From: a virus
Taxonomy: Duplodnaviria > Caudoviricetes
Strand: one strand, 5' to 3'
Virus record (IMG/VR): IMGVR_UViG_3300024251_000011
Coordinates: 1 to 46,598 of that record
Length of the DNA: 46,598 nt
The position numbers and the translations under genes were made by a program. How positions within the stretch are numbered: the stretch's first letter is position 1; each line of letters begins with the position of its first letter. Shown in pieces: positions 42,186-46,598 of this stretch. A model generated the notes under the pieces. That model saw only the letters and a list, made by a program, of their open reading frames with translations, ran no database searches and had not been told where the DNA came from.

Positions 42186-43807
42186 GCAGTATCCATATCG
42201 GCCCAGGACTCGATTGCGATCTCGATCGTCTTATCAGCACGCGTCTTCTCTTGCAGGCAGGTAGCGGCGCCGGAAAATCCTGGGCGCTGCGGCGTCTTCT
42301 CGAACAAACGCACGGCCGTATTCAGCAGATTGTCATCGACCACGAAGGCGAGTTCGCGAGTCTGCGCGCGAAATATGATTACGTCCTCGCGGCGCGCACG
42401 GGCGGTGATACCGTCGCGCATCCGCGCACGGCCGCGCTTCTCGCCGAACGACTCTTAGAGATCGGCGTCTCCGCCATCCTCGACGTATACGAGTTGCCGC
42501 AGGACGATCGAATCGAATTCGTCCGGCTGTTCCTCGAAGCGCTCGTGGATGCGCCGAAACGCCTCTGGCATCCCGTGCTAGTCGCGATCGACGAAGCGCA
42601 TATCTACTGCCCAGAGAACGGCGACGCCGCGAGCGCCGACGCGGTGATGGCCTTGTGCAGTCGTGGCCGCAAGCGCGGATTCTGCGCCGTCCTCGCGACG
42701 CAACGGCTCGCGAAACTCTCGAAGGATGCCGCCGCCGATCTGCAAAACAAGTTGATCGGACGCACGACGCTCGATGTTGATATGTCGCGCGCTGGTTCCG
42801 AGCTGGGATTCGCGAAAACCGACCGACTGAAGCTGCGAGATCTCGACGATGGCGAGTTCTACGGCTTCGGGCCAGCGCTGTCCAGAGTCGTCACGAAGGT
42901 CAAGGTCGGCCCGGTCAAGACGAAGCATCCGAAAGCGGGCGTCCTGTCGGCCGTCGTGCCGCCGCCGTCGAAAAAAGTGCGCGCATTGCTCCCGAAGCTC
43001 TCCGATCTGCCGCACGAGGCCGAAGAGCGCGAGAAATCGATGGCGACGCTCAAGAAAGAGCTTGCAACCGCTCAGCGGGAGCTGCGCGAAGCTCGCCGCA
43101 GTCAGCCAGCGCCGCCGCCTCCGGTCGAAAAGATCATCAAGGTGCCGATCCTGAAGGATTCCCAGGTCAAGCGGCTCGAACGCCTGATCCCGATCGCGAA
43201 GGCGCTCGAACACGTCCTGACGACGCTCATATCAGCGACAGGGCGGCCGAAGGCGATGGCGCCAGCCGTCACCGAGCGGCGGCCTACGGTGCCCGCTGCG
43301 GCCGTCCCTGCGGCCCGTCCAGCGCGCGCGTCGTCCGATGCTGACGTGAAGCTCGGAAAGTGCGAGCGCGGCATCCTGACGGTCCTGGCGCAGCAGGACG
43401 GATGCACGGCCGCTCGGCTCACGCTGTTGAGTGGCTATCGATGGACGGGCGGATTCCAGAACAGCCTGAGCACGCTCCGCAAGCTCGGATACATCGTCGG
43501 CGACAACAGCGGCACGATGATGATCACGGGCGCTGGTCTAGAGGCGATCGGGCCTGTCGAACCGTTACCGACCGGCCAGGCGCTTGCGCGCTACTGGATC
43601 TGGAACATGAAATTCACGAAGGCTGCACGCGTGATTCTCGAAGCGCTCGTGAAGCATCCGAACGGGATGGACATCAACGCGATCAGTAAAGCGACGAATT
43701 ACGCCGTGTCCGGTGGATTCAAGAATGCTCTGTCGGAGCTGCGAACCGCAGGGCTGATCACGGGCGCGAACTCTGACACCATGCGAGTCAGTGAGGATCT
43801 GTTGTGA
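42182..43807 (+). CDS. HerA/FtsK-superfamily ATPase (DUF87/DUF853-like) with coiled coil and two C-terminal winged-helix-like repeats
   Basis: GSGAGKS, IDHEGEF, IDEAH, RGRKRG, ATQR; GGFQNSLSTLRKLGYI and GGFKNALSELRTAGLI; GTGA overlap start. Confidence 0.88.
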   Translation: MSSIHIGPGLDCDLDRLISTRLLLQAGSGAGKSWALRRLLEQTHGRIQQIVIDHEGEFASLRAKYDYVLAARTGGDTVAHPRTAALLAERLLEIGVSAILDVYELPQDDRIEFVRLFLEALVDAPKRLWHPVLVAIDEAHIYCPENGDAASADAVMALCSRGRKRGFCAVLATQRLAKLSKDAAADLQNKLIGRTTLDVDMSRAGSELGFAKTDRLKLRDLDDGEFYGFGPALSRVVTKVKVGPVKTKHPKAGVLSAVVPPPSKKVRALLPKLSDLPHEAEEREKSMATLKKELATAQRELREARRSQPAPPPPVEKIIKVPILKDSQVKRLERLIPIAKALEHVLTTLISATGRPKAMAPAVTERRPTVPAAAVPAARPARASSDADVKLGKCERGILTVLAQQDGCTAARLTLLSGYRWTGGFQNSLSTLRKLGYIVGDNSGTMMITGAGLEAIGPVEPLPTGQALARYWIWNMKFTKAARVILEALVKHPNGMDINAISKATNYAVSGGFKNALSELRTAGLITGANSDTMRVSEDLL

Positions 43808-44097
43808 ATCGCGCTGAAGTGAAGCTGTATATCGTCGTCGATGATTGGCGTGAGGAACATCCGAAGCTGATAACAATGGTCGCGAAGCGAGAGCCAACGC
43901 GTTACCGTGTGCTGACACGCCGCGATGCAATCAATTTCGGCACATTTCTGAGACTGGACGATTCAAGAATCGCCTTCGATAAGAAAGAGGCCGTAGCGAT
44001 CTATCTGAAAAATATTCGCGATGAAGAGCAACAAGCGAAGGCGACACTGGCTCGTGTCGCATGGTTGAAAGCTATCGTTGACAAATGGAAGGTGTGA
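43804..44097 (+). CDS. Hypothetical protein
   Basis: GAGGA RBS, GTGA overlap. Confidence 0.65.
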   Translation: MNRAEVKLYIVVDDWREEHPKLITMVAKREPTRYRVLTRRDAINFGTFLRLDDSRIAFDKKEAVAIYLKNIRDEEQQAKATLARVAWLKAIVDKWKV

Positions 44098-44405
44098 AGC
44101 CGATTCACGTTGACGCGTTGATCGAACGCGCGACGCGCGAACGCCAAACGCGGAAGCGGCGAGAATCTACCCGTCGCATGTATTCGTTCGACGGTTTAAT
44201 CTCCGTTCGTTGTTTTATGCGTGGCCCGAAGTGGAAACGGACGTTCGGTGTTAGAGAGGTTCCGATCGCTGAAGTAGCTCCGGAGTCGGCGCCGTATCAT
44301 CGACCTGAACGGAAGCTATTGATCTTTTCGTTAGAAGAGGACGTGCGCGAGCTTGTGTTCGTCGGCCGCGAAGAGATACGGCCAGGCGTTTACGCTGAAT
44401 GGTGA
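44094..44405 (+). CDS. Hypothetical protein
   Basis: GTGA overlap. Confidence 0.55.
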   Translation: MKPIHVDALIERATRERQTRKRRESTRRMYSFDGLISVRCFMRGPKWKRTFGVREVPIAEVAPESAPYHRPERKLLIFSLEEDVRELVFVGREEIRPGVYAEW

Positions 44406-44412
44406 GGTTCGA

Positions 44413-44529
44413 ATGACTGACGAACAGTTCAAAGACTTCAAGAAGTTTGCATCGGCGGTATCGTGGAGTCTCGGCGCGATCGGTGGCGTGTTGATAGCGA
44501 TCTTCGTCCTTCTAGCGTGGCGGCTGTGA
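44413..44529 (+). CDS. 38-aa single-TM peptide (not in ORF track)
   Basis: MTDEQFKDFKKFASAVSWSLGAIGGVLIAIFVLLAWRL; GAGGT RBS; GTGA overlap with the methyltransferase. Confidence 0.6.
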   Translation: MTDEQFKDFKKFASAVSWSLGAIGGVLIAIFVLLAWRL

Positions 44530-45158
44530 GTCGCGACTACGAATTTTATCCAACGCCTGATCCGTTCACGCACTGGCTCTTCATGGATCAGATGATTAGT
44601 GGTCGGATAGCAGAGCTGGGCGTCGGCGACGGCGCGATCGTTCGAGCTGCGGCGCCGTTCTCTCTAGAGGCGCGCTGGGTCACGAACGATCTCGATCCTC
44701 TCTGGCCTGCGGATTATCACATGGACGCGACAGACCCGGCTCTGTATGAGACGATCGGTCCTGTCGATTGGCACGTCGGCAATCCAGCATTCAGCATCGC
44801 AGTCGAATCCGTGAACCTCGCGATCGATCACGCGCGAGTCGGCGTCGCGATGCATCTGCGCGCCTCAATTCACGAAGTTCTGAAGTCTGGCATTCGTCGG
44901 ACCTGGCTGCACGCGCGAACGCCAACGGGCATTCTCTGGCTGCCGCGCTTCGCCTATCAGCGCTCGAAGAAGAGCGGAAAATGGACGCAAGATTCTGTGT
45001 GCGCGTGCTGGGTGATTTGGATGAAGGATCCGCGCGCACCGCAGTTCATCCGCTACGCACCTGAGTGGGTGATCGACGATCTGAAGTCGTTCACGACCGC
45101 GTATCGTTATCGCATGGACCGGCTCATCGCCGACCGCATGTCACTCCCATCTATATGA
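44526..45158 (+). CDS. Small phage SAM-dependent DNA amino-methyltransferase
   Basis: FYPTP, motif I ELGVGDGAI, TNDLD, motif IV NPAF, DS...CWVIW. Confidence 0.8.
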   Translation: MSRDYEFYPTPDPFTHWLFMDQMISGRIAELGVGDGAIVRAAAPFSLEARWVTNDLDPLWPADYHMDATDPALYETIGPVDWHVGNPAFSIAVESVNLAIDHARVGVAMHLRASIHEVLKSGIRRTWLHARTPTGILWLPRFAYQRSKKSGKWTQDSVCACWVIWMKDPRAPQFIRYAPEWVIDDLKSFTTAYRYRMDRLIADRMSLPSI

Positions 45159-45517
45159 CGCTCGCAGACATCCGGAACAAGATTGCGTCGAAGGCTCGGC
45201 TGAACAAGCGCGGATGCTTGATATGGAACGGCGCGATGTCGCAGTCAGGATGGCGCGGCACGTTCTATCCCGTCATGCGGCTCGGAACGAAAACGGTTCG
45301 TCTGAATCGACTCGTGCTGTTACTCAATGATGTCGATGGCCTGGACGCGCTCGATGCGCTCTATGTCATCGCCGAGGCCGCGAAGCTTCGGAACGGAGTC
45401 GAGTCATCACACGAGTGCGACGATAGCCGGTGCATCAGGCCGGAACATCTGGCGTGGAAGACTCACGCCTACAACATCAGTGAACAAGTAGCACGCAGAA
45501 ATGAGAGTAGGCGATGA
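45155..45517 (+). CDS. HNH/His-Me finger endonuclease
   Basis: GCLIWNGA...SHECDDSRCIRPEHLAWKTHAYN. Confidence 0.8.
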   Translation: MTLADIRNKIASKARLNKRGCLIWNGAMSQSGWRGTFYPVMRLGTKTVRLNRLVLLLNDVDGLDALDALYVIAEAAKLRNGVESSHECDDSRCIRPEHLAWKTHAYNISEQVARRNESRR

Positions 45518-45738
45518 GTCGAATCAATGAGAAGATGGGCCTACGCCCAGCAGGAAAACGCTCGATGATGAAGCTACCGACAGATAGGGCACAAGCGACG
45601 AAAATCACGGCAGCGAAGTGCCAAGCGTGCGAGGCGCGCGGAGCGTTTCTCTCAAAGCTGCGAGGCCGCGAAGGATGGTTCGTATGTTCATGGTGCAATC
45701 ACGCCTGGGATCCGAATGGCGTAGAGGCGGAAGGCTAA
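45514..45738 (+). CDS. Small Zn-ribbon protein
   Basis: CQAC...CSWC; ATGA overlap. Confidence 0.7.
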   Translation: MSRINEKMGLRPAGKRSMMKLPTDRAQATKITAAKCQACEARGAFLSKLRGREGWFVCSWCNHAWDPNGVEAEG

Positions 45739-45742
45739 TCTA

Positions 45743-46222
45743 ATGACGTTCGATACTGCGTTCGATCGCGTGATCGGAAACGAAGGCGGCTACACGAACG
45801 ATCCGAAGGATCCAGGTGGAGAGACGAATTGGGGCATCAGTAAACGCAGTTACCCAGGCGTCAACATCAGAGCGCTCACACGTGACGGCGCGAAGCAGAT
45901 TTACAAAAAAGATTTCTGGGACCGCATCGACGCGAATCATTTCGCTGACGGCGTTGTGTTTCAGGTCTTCGACTTCTCCGTCAACTCCGGAGTCGAAACA
46001 GCCGTGCGTTACTTGCAGCGTGCGGTCGGCGTTGCTGATGACGGCCATTGGGGGCCGGTGAGTGCCGCCGCTGCGGCATCGATGAGCGCGTCCGATCTCA
46101 TCATGCGGTTCAACGGAGAGCGGCTCGATTACATGACGCGCTTGAGCAACTGGCAGAATGACGGGCGAGGATGGGCGCGACGGATCGCGCAAGACTTGCG
46201 TTATGGTGCGCAGGACTCGTAA
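45743..46222 (+). CDS. Glycoside hydrolase family 108 lysozyme (endolysin)
   Basis: NEGGYTNDPKDPGGETNWGIS; FDFSVNSG; LQRAVGVADDG..GP; GWARRI. Confidence 0.93.
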   Translation: MTFDTAFDRVIGNEGGYTNDPKDPGGETNWGISKRSYPGVNIRALTRDGAKQIYKKDFWDRIDANHFADGVVFQVFDFSVNSGVETAVRYLQRAVGVADDGHWGPVSAAAAASMSASDLIMRFNGERLDYMTRLSNWQNDGRGWARRIAQDLRYGAQDS

Positions 46223-46235
46223 GCAGCGCGCCGTC

Positions 46236-46403
46236 ATGTATGAAGCACGCATCGAAGAGATGAAGAGGATCATTCTTGATTTGCGCTTCATATCCGGAGA
46301 GATGGCGATGGCGAATGCGACACGTGACGCGATCGTCCGCAATGTCGATCGGATCGATGAGATCCTCAAAGAAGCACTGCTAAGCAATCCGCCCAAACGA
46401 TAA
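46236..46403 (+). CDS. Small helical hypothetical protein
   Basis: Protein-like ORF after the lysozyme; start uncertain. Confidence 0.45.
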   Translation: MYEARIEEMKRIILDLRFISGEMAMANATRDAIVRNVDRIDEILKEALLSNPPKR

Positions 46404-46525
46404 GTCACACTCAGTAAGACAGCTACCACTAAACAAAAGAGCCTGTCAAGTAGGCCGGATCGAAAGTGATACTGATTCTCAGTTATCACGAGCGCCGTAG
46501 GCGCGAGTGTGAGAGCGCTGGCGTG

Positions 46526-46554
46526 TTGACAAACGACGTTGCCAGTGATATGCT
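46526..46554 (+). promoter_or_regulatory. Sigma70-like promoter pointing into the terminal palindrome
   Basis: TTGACA (46526-46531), 17 bp, TATGCT (46549-46554), with TG at the extended -10 position. Confidence 0.55.
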
Positions 46555-46598
46555 TGCGCTTCACTAAGCTTAGTGAAGCGCAAGCATATCACTGGCAA
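46539..46598. repeat. Perfect 60-bp palindrome running to the end of the window
   Basis: TTGCCAGTGATATGCTTGCGCTTCACTAAG followed by its exact reverse complement; centre at 46568/46569. Confidence 0.97.

Larger units (their letters stand above)
1..46598. mobile_element. Tailed dsDNA bacteriophage genome (podovirus-like), probably near complete
   Basis: TerL, portal, scaffold, capsid, adaptor, nozzle, fibres, ejection proteins, holin and lysozyme in dense translationally coupled operons; no bacterial housekeeping genes. Confidence 0.95.

Noticed and set aside
1-46598. Integrase, CI repressor, DNA polymerase, protelomerase, small terminase, prohead protease, tRNA
   Set aside because: No supporting motifs recognised by eye. 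Absence needs confirmation by HMM and structure searches.

Overview
This window looks like a near-complete ~46.6 kb GC-rich tailed phage genome with podovirus-type architecture. It has a P22-like portal, scaffold, major capsid, adaptor, nozzle, fibres and ejection proteins, with no tape measure or sheath. Layout: a short plus-strand early arm (ArdC-like antirestriction protein, RHH regulator, small Zn proteins; 167-4155), a long minus-strand block (accessory genes, TerL, portal, head, tail, ejection, holin cassette; 37550 to 4219), and a mostly plus-strand right arm (KGG protein, DUF1376 replication initiator, HerA-like ATPase, DNA methyltransferase, HNH, GH108 lysozyme). I recognised no integrase, CI repressor, DNA polymerase, primase, protelomerase, small terminase, prohead protease, tRNA or CRISPR array. 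Most notable: (1) TerL keeps its ATPase motifs but the expected nuclease aspartates are all substituted, the window ends in a perfect 60-bp fold-back palindrome, and a motif is shared in inverted orientation between the two ends; (2) scaffold, capsid and two more head-region proteins share an N-terminal F-x3/4-P-x-G-x-L-W leader; (3) nozzle and fibre genes appear split; (4) a mosaic protein is built from modules joined by repeated 18-23 bp DNA linkers. All family assignments come from recognising motifs by eye, not from database searches. The host guess (Acidobacteriota-like) is weak.
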